Positions 12,901 to 24,600 of a stretch of 64,000 nt of DNA are shown here, in pieces. The notes under the pieces were generated by a model, which was not told the DNA's origin, searched no databases, and saw nothing but the letters and a program-made list of their open reading frames with translations. The stretch's first letter is position 1. Each line of letters opens with the position of its first letter. The position numbers and the translations under genes are program-made. This stretch comes from Raillietiella orientalis (Eukaryota): assembly GCA_036172245.1 (NCBI GenBank), contig JAYWIR010000059.1, positions 62,001 through 126,000 on the forward strand, read 5' to 3'.

Positions 12901-15039
12901 TCTCCTCCGGATCGTCGGGACTCCAAGATCCCGAGGAGAGCTCAGCGGGTCTCCTGAGTGGGGGGAGGCTGCATACAATGAAAGGGGCTGCTCTTTTTGG
13001 CAGTCTGCACCACATGCATCATCTTCATCTGTTCTCTACATCTTGTTCCATGGGTATAACGTTATAAAATCTTTTCCAAGGAACTTCCCTTCTCTTCCAA
13101 AGTTCTGCTTGGGTATCAACTGTTCTGGGAATTTTCTTCATCGGGAAGATGCTTCTCCTCCCCCTCCCATCCCCTTCCTGCCTGCCTCGACACTTCTGCG
13201 CTTTTCGGCTGGAGTTTCAGCCAAGAGCCAGATATCGAGAACAAGGGGTCAGCAGTTTGGGCCATTTTTGACCTGACTTCCACTACGGGGAGGAAGGAGG
13301 CAGCGCATCGGAGGAGAGAAATTCGGACCGCTGCCTAGCGACACGAGTGGGGAGTAGATGGAGACAGCAGACAGGCATCTAGCCGGAGGAACCCTCTCTG
13401 GCTCTTCGCAAGGGGAGAACTCCCTCTCCCCCCCTTCATCTGCTGACATTGGGGGGTGCAAATTTCGATGCAAACCGGCACGAGGAAGGAAGCTGCGTCC
13501 AAAATGTGCGCCCGACCATGAGCAGGGAGGCATGGGAAACCCCTGCTCGAAAACACCTGGACAGGGGAAAAGCCGTGGGGCTGCAACGCGCATCGTTCCA
13601 CTCCCCGTTCCCCGGACACTCGGCAGGGTCCCGCGCTCCTCGTCGTCTTTTCCTCGTTGTCAGGATGTACATCGATCCGGGGTTATCTCTCGGTCGGATG
13701 CTGTGAGAGAAGCAGGGTATTTGGTGCATCCCCAAAGTCCTGGGTATCGGAACCCAGTCTGGTAAAGGGGCTTCCCATCACCTTCCCATCGGTCAAAGCA
13801 GAATGGAGGTGAGGCCGAACCATCGATCTCTGGAGCTCCTCTAAAAATAGAAAACATGGAATAAATTCTGGACAAGAGAAAGAGAGCGTAAGAAAAAGGA
13901 AAGAAAACGGGAACGATGCGAAAAAACAACTCCCGTGCAACACACACCTCTGGATTTCCTGACGCCACTCTTGTGCTTCTGGAGGGCGTGCACGAGAGGG
14001 AGATGCCACGACCTCCGACACGACGCAAGAAGCGCCCATCGAAGATTCTCTGCCAGGGCTGCTGCTCCGTAAACCGTTCCTGGCTTCGCTAAGAGCGTCC
14101 CAATTGCGCACTTCAGCCCCACCCCTCTTCGCTCAAAGAATCGATCAGCGAGTGAAAGAGCCGAAGCGATGGATCCCACTGATGCAAATCTGTGCGATGT
14201 CTTCCGTATTAACAAAGAAAACGCGCGTATGCATGTGCACCTTCCCCTCACTCACACACGCACGTGCGCGCACGCAACACCCATCTGAAGGATCCCATCC
14301 CGCTTCTGTCTCCCTCCTGCTGTTCGATTTCGGAAGGCATCGGGGACAATCTCCAGCAGTACAAGGGTCATCCTCCCCGAGCCTGGAGCCATTCCTGGGA
14401 GCAACGCAGTTGGGCCAAGCGGGTAGCTTTACGCGCTCCCGGATGCGACGAGGCCGCGACGACACGCCTGCTGGGAAAATCCATCCTTCGTCCCTCGATG
14501 CTCCCTCGCGCCCAGTGGACGCGTGGGAAGGAAATCCGTCGCCGCGGAGGTCCCGCCGGTCTGCGGATCCTCTTCCCCAGGCAGCCTCCTTCCTTCGTGT
14601 GCATCTCCGAAATGTGAAACCGGGACGACAGGAGCAGCTTCAACCTTGGATGGCCCACACGTCACCGCCGGTGTGTCAAGTGGATGTATTCTCTCGTTCG
14701 CGCTCGAGAAACCAGTGGTACCCCCGGAAGCTCCTTGGAGCCCGACAAATCAAGGAAGCTGAGGCTGTTCTTTTTTTTTCTCTCTTGACTCAGGGAGAGG
14801 AGGAGTTGTGCTTTGCGGTGTACCTGCACACCATCCAGGTTATTACTGGGATGTTTACACAAACTCGAATGGGATGCTGCGTGTTTAGCTCTTGGGGCAG
14901 CTGTGAGATGAAGAAGAAAGGAAGTTCTCCTTTGTTGCGAAAAGCTTTTTGCGCTACTGGTTACCAGGACGCCATTTTTTTTTTTTTTTCATGCAAGATG
15001 TGCTCTTTCTTCCCTGCCGAGTTTTCTGGAGTGCACTGA

Positions 15040-15686
15040 GGAAGGAGGTGCAGACGTCTAGGAAACCGAGAGAGAGTTCCACGAAGGTCGCGCGAACGAA
15101 CTGCAGAAGCCATATTTCTTCGACAGCACACACGCTAAGAAGGTACAAACAGACTCGTGGAAAATTTGCTCCCGTCTCCAGGCAGTTGCCATGGCGAGGC
15201 CGCGATTCCTGAGGGCTCCTGTTCTTGCGGCTTCTGAGGATTATCGGTGGTTGCACATTCGGCGTTTCCAATGAACATCGTCAAATGGGTTTTCGTCAGG
15301 CCGGTGAGAAACGCACCAGCGATGCCCGCGTTTCTTGGAGACCATCCCGATGATGGGCAGTCGTTTTCAGCATCAGTACCAAGAACTCTGCTGATCATCT
15401 CTCTTAGTGACCTCTGTCCATCTGAAGGCATGCTGGCACCGTTCGAGAACACTCGTTGAAGGAAAGGAGGAAAGCGCGGGAACGCGAGAGCCTCCTTTTT
15501 TGCCCCCAGGGACGAAGACCCCAAGATCCCAGAAGCATCGGCTCGCGTTATCATCGTTCGCATCCCAAGGACGAGGATATGCCGGGAATTTCAACAGGAT
15601 GCGCGAACCGGCTCGGTTTACTTAAGGATTTTGTGCCAGCTGCGCCCACGAGGGAAAAAGAAAAAAAGAGGGGATGCGAACCGACG
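15040..15686 (-). mobile_element. Older Tx1-like element, endonuclease region (left part; interrupted by copy B)
   Basis: Minus-strand remnants G.RILLK and LGVFVPG (cf. GVAYLL, NVYAPSG) and SPWQLPGD (cf. SA*RLPGD in copy D). The frame KLRSFL|VGSHP joins across the copy B TSD. Confidence 0.55.
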
Positions 15687-18448
15687 TTTTCACCCGGTCG
15701 AACCAGGGCGTTTATTGAAAAACTTACAGAATTTGCGGTACAAGGCCCCGCTGCGGCCAATGGTTCTCTGGAGATGTCGGGTGGTCGGAGCGTGGACCGA
15801 CTTGACACTCCACGTCAGCGGATGGGGTTGGGGAAAAAATAAAAATAAAAATAAAGAAAAATTAAAGCAAAAGCCATTGTTCTTTGGAGGGCCGGGAAGG
15901 GATCACTGTCCGTTGCGTGGAGCTTCCATCCTTTGCAGGATGCCGACGAGGTCCTTGTGCAGGTTTCCCAGGTGGGACCATCGGGTTGCTATTCGCAGAA
16001 AGCGAGCTGCACACTCCTTGACATCCCTTTCGTTTGCGTCTTCTGCTTCGTCGGATCCACTCCAAGCTGCCACAATACCGCGCACGCAGCAGAGAGCGGC
16101 TATTACAGTAGCTGGCTGCATTGCTTCCCGCACGAAGAGGAGCCGAAAAACGTCTCTGGGAAGGCTACCTTCCAGGATCTCTAAGGTGGAACCGAAACGT
16201 TCCCACAGGGGCCGGAGGGCAGCACAGTCAACTAAAAGGTGCGGGAGTGTTTCCCGCTCCCACACCGGGCACAGTTTGCGTTCACACTTCCCCGTGTCCA
16301 GTGATGACGGCGTGCATTGCAGGGGAGTCCCCATTGCAACAGCATAAGCGCCGACTCCTGCCATTTTAGGGGAAGGATCCTTGTTTCAGTTATTACTGGG
16401 GGCCACTTCAGGTCATCATTCGTGATGCCGAGAAGCTCGCCCCATTTTTTCAGTCCTTGCGGAAGGACGCTATGGGTTGTGGCGTCCGCCAGCTGTCCCA
16501 TTGTCCAACCGCTCAACAATTTTTCGCTGCCTGCGATACGGCAAGAGACTTGCCACCTCGGCGTCCGGCTACTAACGATTGCCCTACGTAGGAAGTTTAG
16601 CACCGTCTCCAGGCAGGTCGTCTCTGCCCACGTGCTTCTGGCTTGACACTCCAGGATCTCGCGTAGAGTGCAGCGGGCGTATCGGCCGCGTCGCAGGCTA
16701 TTCCATGTCTCGTGGCTCCTCTTATCCACTACCGCCCACGTGCCAACTGTTTCATCCAGCCATGCGCTGGAGTTGACGGGGCTGCAGATCATCCACGCAT
16801 TCTCCCTCGCCAGGGTGGCTACTCGTCCGAGGAGAAGGCCGCATCTTCTTGTCTTCCTTCCACGACATAATAGAAGAGATGCGAGTCCTCCCGTTCCGGA
16901 TGCACGTCTGGCGAGGAGGCGGGCAGGAACACACCAGGGGGTGCTCCACAGCTTGGCTGCGATGGCCAAGGTTCGCCATCGTAGCTGAATTTCCATGCGC
17001 TCCAGCGTCAGGAGGCCTAGACCACCATCACGACGCGGAGCGCACAAGTCCATCAAAGGGACTCGGGGCCTCCCCTTGCCTTAAAGGGCGATGCGCAGGA
17101 GGTCCTTTGTCCTCTTTTTTATTTCTTTGGGGACGGGGAAAACAAAAAGTAGGGGGCGAAGGATGGGGGGCGCAAACGCGTTCCATACTGCTGCCCGTTC
17201 CGGCAAGTGGAACTTGCCCTCCAGGAACGGGTGGATCGCCAAATCCACTTTCTGAAGACGGTTTGACCATGCTTCTGACGGGCAGAAGTTCCCCAGCGGA
17301 ACGCCAAGGTACTTCAGATGTGTGCCCGTCGGGATCCCCAGGCGGATCCAGTCAGGCCGTCCTACCCACGTCGCTCCAACTGCCACCATCGACGATTTTG
17401 CCCTGTTGACCCGTAGCCCTGTCCCACGGCTTAGCAGGTCGAAGAAATATTCGGCTGCCGTTGCCGGGGCGGACATTGGGAGCAGGAGCAGGAGATCGTT
17501 GGCCCTCCCTGTACGCCAGGGCGCCTCCCGAGCGGGACACCTCGCGACTGTTGCTCCCGGAAGGAGCCCCGGCCATAGGGGAGGAAGAGAAAGAAAGCCT
17601 CGACGAGCCTTTCACGACCGGTGAAATCTTCACCGCGATTAAAGGGCTCAAGAGGCGGAAGGCACCAGGGGAGGACGGCCTGCCCGCGGAGTTTTTTCAA
17701 AGCTTCGCGGCAGAGTTGACCCCTTTGGTGCACAGATTGACACAGCTGATCCGGGAAGAAGGCGATGTTCCCGCCTCGTTCCGGTCAGCTAGGATGAGGC
17801 TCCTTCCTAAGGGAGGAGACCTCCGTAAGCTAACCAACTGGCGTCCGATCACTGTCGTGAATACGGACGTCAAGTTGGTCGCGAAACTGTGGGCTGCGCG
17901 GCTCGGACAGGTACCCGAATCCGTAATTAGCCCGGAGCAGACTTACGCTGTTCCCGGGCGAAGTATGGAGGCTAACCTGTTCCTCGCCAGCACATGGTTC
18001 CATGTGCAAGAAGAAATAAAAGAACGCAAAGGATCTCTCGGCAACCCCAATCTAAGGGTGACCGATGGTCAGGGTGGGGACAGACGGGCGGGTAAGGGTG
18101 CCCTAGCGATCGCAGTTGATCTTCATAAAGCGTTCGACTGCGTGGACCAGGAGCTCCTCCTGGAGCTTCTGCATCGCATGGGCTTCCCTCCTACTTTAAC
18201 GGCGTACCTGCGCTCTTGCTGGCACGCCGCGTTAACAAACATCTGTTTCAGAGGGCAGAACGTGTACGGCGTGCCGGTGCGCCGCGGGATTCGGCAGGGT
18301 GATAGCCTCAGTCCCCTGCTCTTTAGTACCTACTTCGAGTTGGTGCTGAGAGCATACAGGATGACTTTGGCTGCCTTGCCAAGCTCGTGCCCCGGCACAC
18401 CTGCCGTGTCCGCATATGCCGACGATCTCCTGCTCCTGCTCCCAATGT
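15687..18448 (-). mobile_element. Tx1-like copy B with 5' inversion: 3' part on minus (15687-17503), RT segment inverted on plus (17504-18448)
   Basis: The minus part runs from DLLLLLPM through KYLGVPLG and the zf-RVT to the 3' stem-loop. The plus part is an open RT frame (SLYARAPPERD..WRPIT..KAFDCV..GIRQGD..YADD). TSD ATGCGAACCGACG (15674-15686) / ATGTGAACCAACG (18445-18457). Confidence 0.9.
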
Positions 18449-19470
18449 GAACCAACGAGGAAGGAGCGGAGTTTCCGCCCCCGCCCCCGCCTATCTCTGC
18501 TTCGCGGTCGCCCTGCAACTCCCGAAGGCTCCGCCATCTCAGACCCATCCGGAGCTTCGAGCCCACGTCCGGCAGGATCCTTTTATTTTTCCTTTTCTTC
18601 GATAGGTCAGCAGCGACCTCGGGGAGACCACTCCCGCTGGCCAAGGTGGATGGAAACCCCGTGGGCAGCTGCTTCGCTTTTCTTTCCTTGCCGGTTCGCC
18701 AAGCACTCAAGATGGCATCTAGGAGTTGGCATCCTCGGAGGCCCGATGGGGGCTCACGGAACGGCAGTCGGCACCACCCGTGAGCGCGCCCGACCCGATC
18801 AGAGGAAATGATGCAAGGAAGGCCCCGAACGCGGAAGGGGGAGAACCTTCCTCTGCATGACTCCCTGGAGGGCTTCCCCTCGAGGAGCAGGCGTCCAGCA
18901 GCTCCCTGAGGGGAAGGTCGCAGTCCCGAGGGCTCGCCAGCTGGAGGGAAATCTCCAAGGGAACCTGCTCTGGGATTCCTAGACCCCTTGTCGTGACGGG
19001 GGCATTCGGTCCCTGAGCGTTCCCAGCGCCATTCGCCAGATTGACGTTAGTGTTGGCCCCGGACCCGTGGGCCAACACTAACGTCATCTTGCGGTGGAAA
19101 TTGAAATCCCCTTACGCCCGGTGCCGCGCGCGCAAGCCGTGGCCGATCTTTCTCAGCGAGCGAGAGATGCATGGCGGTGCCCCTGGGGAGGGAAGGGGGG
19201 GTTCGCAAATTGCCGGAGGTGAAGCTTTCTGCACTCTCGACAGTTCCCGCAAGCAGCTCTCCCGTCATCTACCAGCAGAAGATCACCTACGATAGGGCCA
19301 CCCGACGCCCACCCACCGTAGATCGGAAGGAACTGCTGGATGCTACTGGAGGACACGTCCTTCCTCAGCTGGTCCTCTCGCCGCGCATCTATAAGGACGA
19401 GACTCCTCGGGACCATGTCGCTGGCCTCCCCCCTTGCGCAAGGTAACCCCACCGCGAGAGCACCCACCTT
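18449..19470 (-). mobile_element. Older Tx1-like element: ORF1 remnant and ORF2 start (right part of the element interrupted by copy B)
   Basis: Decayed knuckle-like pieces (ACGNCREC; C....KIGH), a K/R-rich tail (SKKRKNKR), then TGA-G-ATG at about 18537 opening MAEPS..KLRSFL, which continues across the TSD. Confidence 0.45.
19042..19086. repeat. Perfect 18-bp inverted repeat with 9-nt spacer
   Basis: TGACGTTAGTGTTGGCCC (19042-19059) and GGGCCAACACTAACGTCA (19069-19086). Confidence 0.9.
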
Positions 19471-20908
19471 TCGCCATTTGCTTCCCGTCTGCCCTTTGTG
19501 GCCTTTTGGCTAAGATCAAAGTTCGTCGTCAAAGCCCTTTGTGGATTCCGGGGGTCTCACGGCGACCGACGTTAAAGTATTGAGCGCCCTTTTTCGGAGG
19601 CGGAATGGGGAGTCGACCCTCGACGCTGGGTCCGCTGCTCCCGTCCTGCCTCCTCGAGCGCCGTCAGAGAGCATCCGCGGGGGCAAACGACTTCCGGGAT
19701 GCCTGATGACCTCCTCCTCCCCAGAGCACTCGGCCTCGCTTCAGCTCACGGATGTGCAGCCGGAGTGGGGTGCTGCCAACTCCCAGGGAACGTTTTAGCC
19801 GAGGCAGCCTCCTCGATGGAGGCTGCCAGCTCGTTGTGTCCCTCCGAATTCGTCTTTTGAGAGTCTCAGGCTCTCTTCTTGTGACTCCCTGCTGTCCCCC
19901 TCGTATTCGTCAAGCGGAGGAGCTCTATGGGCTGCCGCCGATGTTTTCTTTTAAATGGCTACCACACATGTGATGGGCAGAGATGCCCACCGCATGTGTG
20001 GCTGCATTCAGCTTGCGAGCGTACAAGACGCGTCTTGAAAAGCGCATCCTCAGTCGTTGCGCGATGAGTTTCAGTCTCATCACAGAGCTCTTATTGCTTA
20101 GAGGGATGACCACCCCGTCAATTTCATCAAGGGGAACAAGCATGAAAAGTGGGAGCTGGTGGCCTCACACCCACCAAAGTTCCCAGAGACCGCTCGAGTC
20201 CAAGCGCATCTGCATCCCAAACGAAAGCCGCAACCTCAAAAAAAAGAAAAAGAGTTCATTTCTGTAGATCCGTTCTTCACATCTTTTCGATCCCCGGAGC
20301 TGATGTTGAACGGGCTTGCAAGCAGCCATACAGATCTCTCGCTGTTGGCAGGCGGCATACGAGTCGCACCACTTATGAACTCCACGGTTGTGCAGCTCGT
20401 AACGCGAGTGCACAGCTGCGTCACGTCATGTGGAGAGGGCTCTTCGTCGGGTGTGGCGTGCAGTGCGCGCTCCTCGCCTAGTGGGAAGTGTATGCAAGAG
20501 ACGCGGAAGAGTGTGATGGCTCCCCAAGTTCGAGAGTGGGAAGGCGGCGAAGCAGGCTGGTAACTCTCAGAAAGGCACCACAAGAGCAGGCAAGAAGGAA
20601 AAGCGGTAGAGGAAGGAGGAGTTGCGCGATATGCATCTGCAAAGTGTTGAAGCAGGTGCATCCCGACACGTGAGCCTCGAGAGAGGCCGTTTCGATCGCG
20701 AGCAGCTTCGTTGGCATCGAGCAAATCGCTGCAAAGGGCGTCCCCCCTGTCGCATTGCAACAAGAGGAGGGGGACCCGCCTCACCAGCCGGTGGATGTGG
20801 ACGCCAGCGCGCTCCACCGCTGCCCGGGGAACTGGGCAAGAACGAAAGCGGTGACCACGGACACGAGCTCGAAATGAGCACCGCTGCGATGGCTGCCTCC
20901 CGATCATC

Positions 20909-21677
20909 TTGCCCGACCAAACCTCAATCACGAATTAAAGAAAATCATCCTGGCAGCCTAGCTGAACAGAAACGCCTGCATGCTACACTTAGGGAGCACG
21001 ACAAGAATAGTATTCAGTGCGATCACCTTGTGACCAAGGAGATACAGGTTCGATTTATCTTCTTGACCCCGGCTCTCTCCAGCGAAGGGATGCACCTGTC
21101 GTGCCTCAGACTGCGATAGCAAAAACCAGCAAGAAGGATTGACCACGTATCTGTTCACTTCTTGAATAGACGCTGAATCCACCCGTTGCTCTCTCTCTCT
21201 CATCTTGTGAGTTACGGAATGATTCGTCAGTATGATGGGATCTTCCACTGATGCCGTCACGTCCACTGCAGTGGATCCGTAGAGGGATGCCGCGTGGAGT
21301 TCCTTTCCTCCGAGATTTTCAGTCGCAGTGTTTGTTATTGCTTCTTCGTTCACGCCCGTGCTCGTCGACGAAGCCAGAAAGGTCAGCAGCGATAGTCTTA
21401 CTATAAGATCCGACTTGAGATTTAAGACCCCCCGAGTCTTAGGACTCCTGATGTTCCAGATGGAAAGCTGAGCTGGCATGCTCGATGTCTCTTGCTCGTG
21501 GTGAGAACATGGCGATGGTACCGGAAGCTGTCTTCGTTAGCACCGACCTCGGTAGAAGCGCTAGCGTTGGGATCCATGGCAGCCTGGAACCCTAGCTGAA
21601 CAACACTCTCGTGTTCCTGTTCAGCTAGGCTACCAGGATGATTTTCTTCAATTCGTGATTGAGGTTTGGTCGGGCAA
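20909..21677. repeat. 65-bp inverted repeat pair enclosing about 640 bp
   Basis: 20909-20973 matches the reverse complement of 21613-21677 with 3 mismatches. Confidence 0.9.
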
Positions 21678-24600
21678 CAGCTTGGGACCCCTCGCAGGCA
21701 GACGGAAAACGTGAAGAGGATGGCGGTCCGCGCCAGCATCCAGAACAGTCGGGAGGTTTGCTGGGGGCACAGCTTGGATCACCGGCCGGGGTGAACAACC
21801 ATTAAGGACAATACGATAAGATGGCGGAAGCTGCAGGGAACCTCCTGGAACACGGGTGTACCAAGTTTGAATGAAACAACCCAAGAGGGTTCCTGCGGAA
21901 CTTCGAACGAGGTCTTGCGTGAAGTGCAAGCACGCAGATTTTCTTCGCGATCGTTCCATGGCTTCCTCCTGTGAACCTGGGAACGGGAGATCACGCGCGG
22001 ACAGCCCTTCCTAAATTCTTCGACTCTGCCGAGAGAGCAGGCACTTTCGAAGCTCACTCGGTGGACTGCCCTGCGTACCTCCCGAACGTGCAGACCTGGG
22101 GATCTCGACAGGACCGCGATTTCAGCATATTCGTAGGGAGCTGAGGGGACGCCAAGGACGACGATAGTCAGCAATGATATTTTGAAAGCAAATTCTGGAA
22201 ATTGTTAGGAAACGGAACACCTTGAATTAGCCTTGAACCAGATGTAGCCACAACCTCCGAGCATCAGATGTTCCGCGAATTCGTGATCGTGATGGATGCG
22301 TTCGTTCCTCACAGCACACTCGCGTGCCCGTCGCAGCGGATGACCCGTTATCAACGCAGTGGAGATTGGAGGCTAGAGCTGGTGATTGGGGAATCCTCCA
22401 GTGGTACCAGCAACACGCGGACACCCCCGGCTCCGTAAAAAGATGGAAACCGCAGTCAGTGATGAAGGCGATGGCAGCATCTCGAGATGTTTGGCACGCT
22501 TGAGGATTCTAGACGGTTTCGCGATATTCGAAACCTTTTGAGAATGCTCCAGAAAATTTGAGGGCTGATTTTCCATTTCGCGAAGCTGGCACAAATGCTG
22601 CTGAATGCTGTATGCTATATGAGATGCTGCCGAATCGTGGGATATGTGTGTGAAAGCCTCAAGAGTCCAAAGTGTCGACGTCCGTGGGGAAAGGGGGGGA
22701 AAAAAAACATGCACCATCCTGCACCCTAATCACGGGAAAAACTGGAAGGCTCTGCAGGATGAAAAGTATTGCAAGAGTTATCCCAATAGGAGCGCACAGA
22801 AGACAGCTCACTGGACCACTGTGGCGAGGCACCAGGTGAATTCTTTTGAAGTGAACTTTGAATTGCACAGTTCTTTGTGGTGAAGTTTTTTTTTTCCCGT
22901 TGTTGTTTGCCTGCTTGCTTGCTTGTTTGAAGTGAAGCAGGGAGGAGGAGGGGAGACGAACGGATACGCAATAAGCATTACCTACGTGACAAAAGACCCC
23001 GCCAAAACGTAGGAATGGAAAATCCACGTAGATCCGATAAGTTCAAGTTCCTTCGTTATGACTGTCCGCACACTTCTTTATGACTCAGAGGCTCGTTGCT
23101 CCAACGACATTTGAATATGCAGTTAATTGGTTCCATCATTCTTGGAATTACTGGGAAGGGAAGGGTATTTCACCTCACCTCTTCAAATCCGAACACAGAT
23201 TGTATCCGGGAAAAAAAAAAAAAAAAAATCCACTCCGTTTTGTTTGTTTGCTCTTGTGGAGGGTATGCTGCGATCGCAAGAAGGCATCGTCCCAGATGTC
23301 GATTCCTACTTCAGGAGTCCATTGCGGTGCTCAAAACAAGACTTTGCGCACACCCACGGAACCAAACCAAAAGGCATAAAGATTGGGAGGAGTTTCTTTT
23401 AATCCTCCACGTTCTTCCACAGAAGTGCAGAGAGGAGGAGTGGTTCTTGTTTCCATCAATGAAAGCGCTAAGCAGTTCCCGGCAGCATCATGAAAGGAAA
23501 TATCGAGGAAATACCGCTGTGTCATAGAAAGCGATGTCTGCCGGAGGCGACCGTTGCGCTGTGGGTTCCATCTTCAATTAACTACAGAAAGGCCACAAGT
23601 GTTCCCCAGAGGACCCAGTCTCTTAATCGACATGACTGATTGCCCTCATCGGGTGGATCTGTTTGGCAAGGAAGCTCCTGGCGCCTTATGCATGGGAGAC
23701 GAATCGGCGTTCGTCCAGACGTCGCTGCTGTGAGCTTCTGTTTTCCATGCCCCGAGAGAACAACGTGAGGGGGGGGAAGCTTGGATTTGCCTAGCAGATG
23801 AACTCGATATGCAATTTGCACGAGAATGCAAAGGGCCCACGGCGGTAACTAACCAATTAACTGCGGAAAGGAAATGGTTCCTTTGTTGCCAACTTCTCCA
23901 GGGCATGCGAGCTACCGACTGAACGGATGGTTCTATGCTAAAGAGTTCCCCACGGAAAAAGTTTCCTCTGCCTTCGTCATCCAAAAGCAGCTGCAGTTCT
24001 GTTCCAAGTAGTTTGATGAGAACGGCTTCCTTCTCTTACTGTGTTCGGATAGGGAATGCTTCCTTCCTTACACCTCCTTCATCTACTCTGCCCCACCGAC
24101 TTCATCCACTCAGTGACCCGTCGAATGTTCGGATTCGTTTCCCTATGTGAACTGCTTTCCGTCTTGGCATGCTGATTGTACTCTGCTATTCATGTAAATA
24201 CGGTACATGGTAGATATGTGCGCATGAACCAGCCAATGATTAAATGACTGCACCTTTTTACAAAGTGAATAATGGCATTCAATTTTAAATGGAACATAGC
24301 ACACATGAGAACTTTCATTCCTGATTCAACATCCAGTACATTGATTTGATATTTTGACATAGAGCCGTTCACACTTGTGTTGGTTAAAATATTTTCCGGC
24401 TACGTTGAAAAAAAAAAAAAAAGAAGGAAGAAAACAAACACATTGATGTATTCTCGTTTCTATGAAAACTTCCATGATTTCGTAGTCAGGGATTTGAATA
24501 AATGAATCTCCTCTAAGTGTTCTTCAGAAGACAGAAGAAATCCCCCAAAGAGAATATCCTGACTGTTTGCGCATACATTCCTAAACCAGAGGTATCTTAA

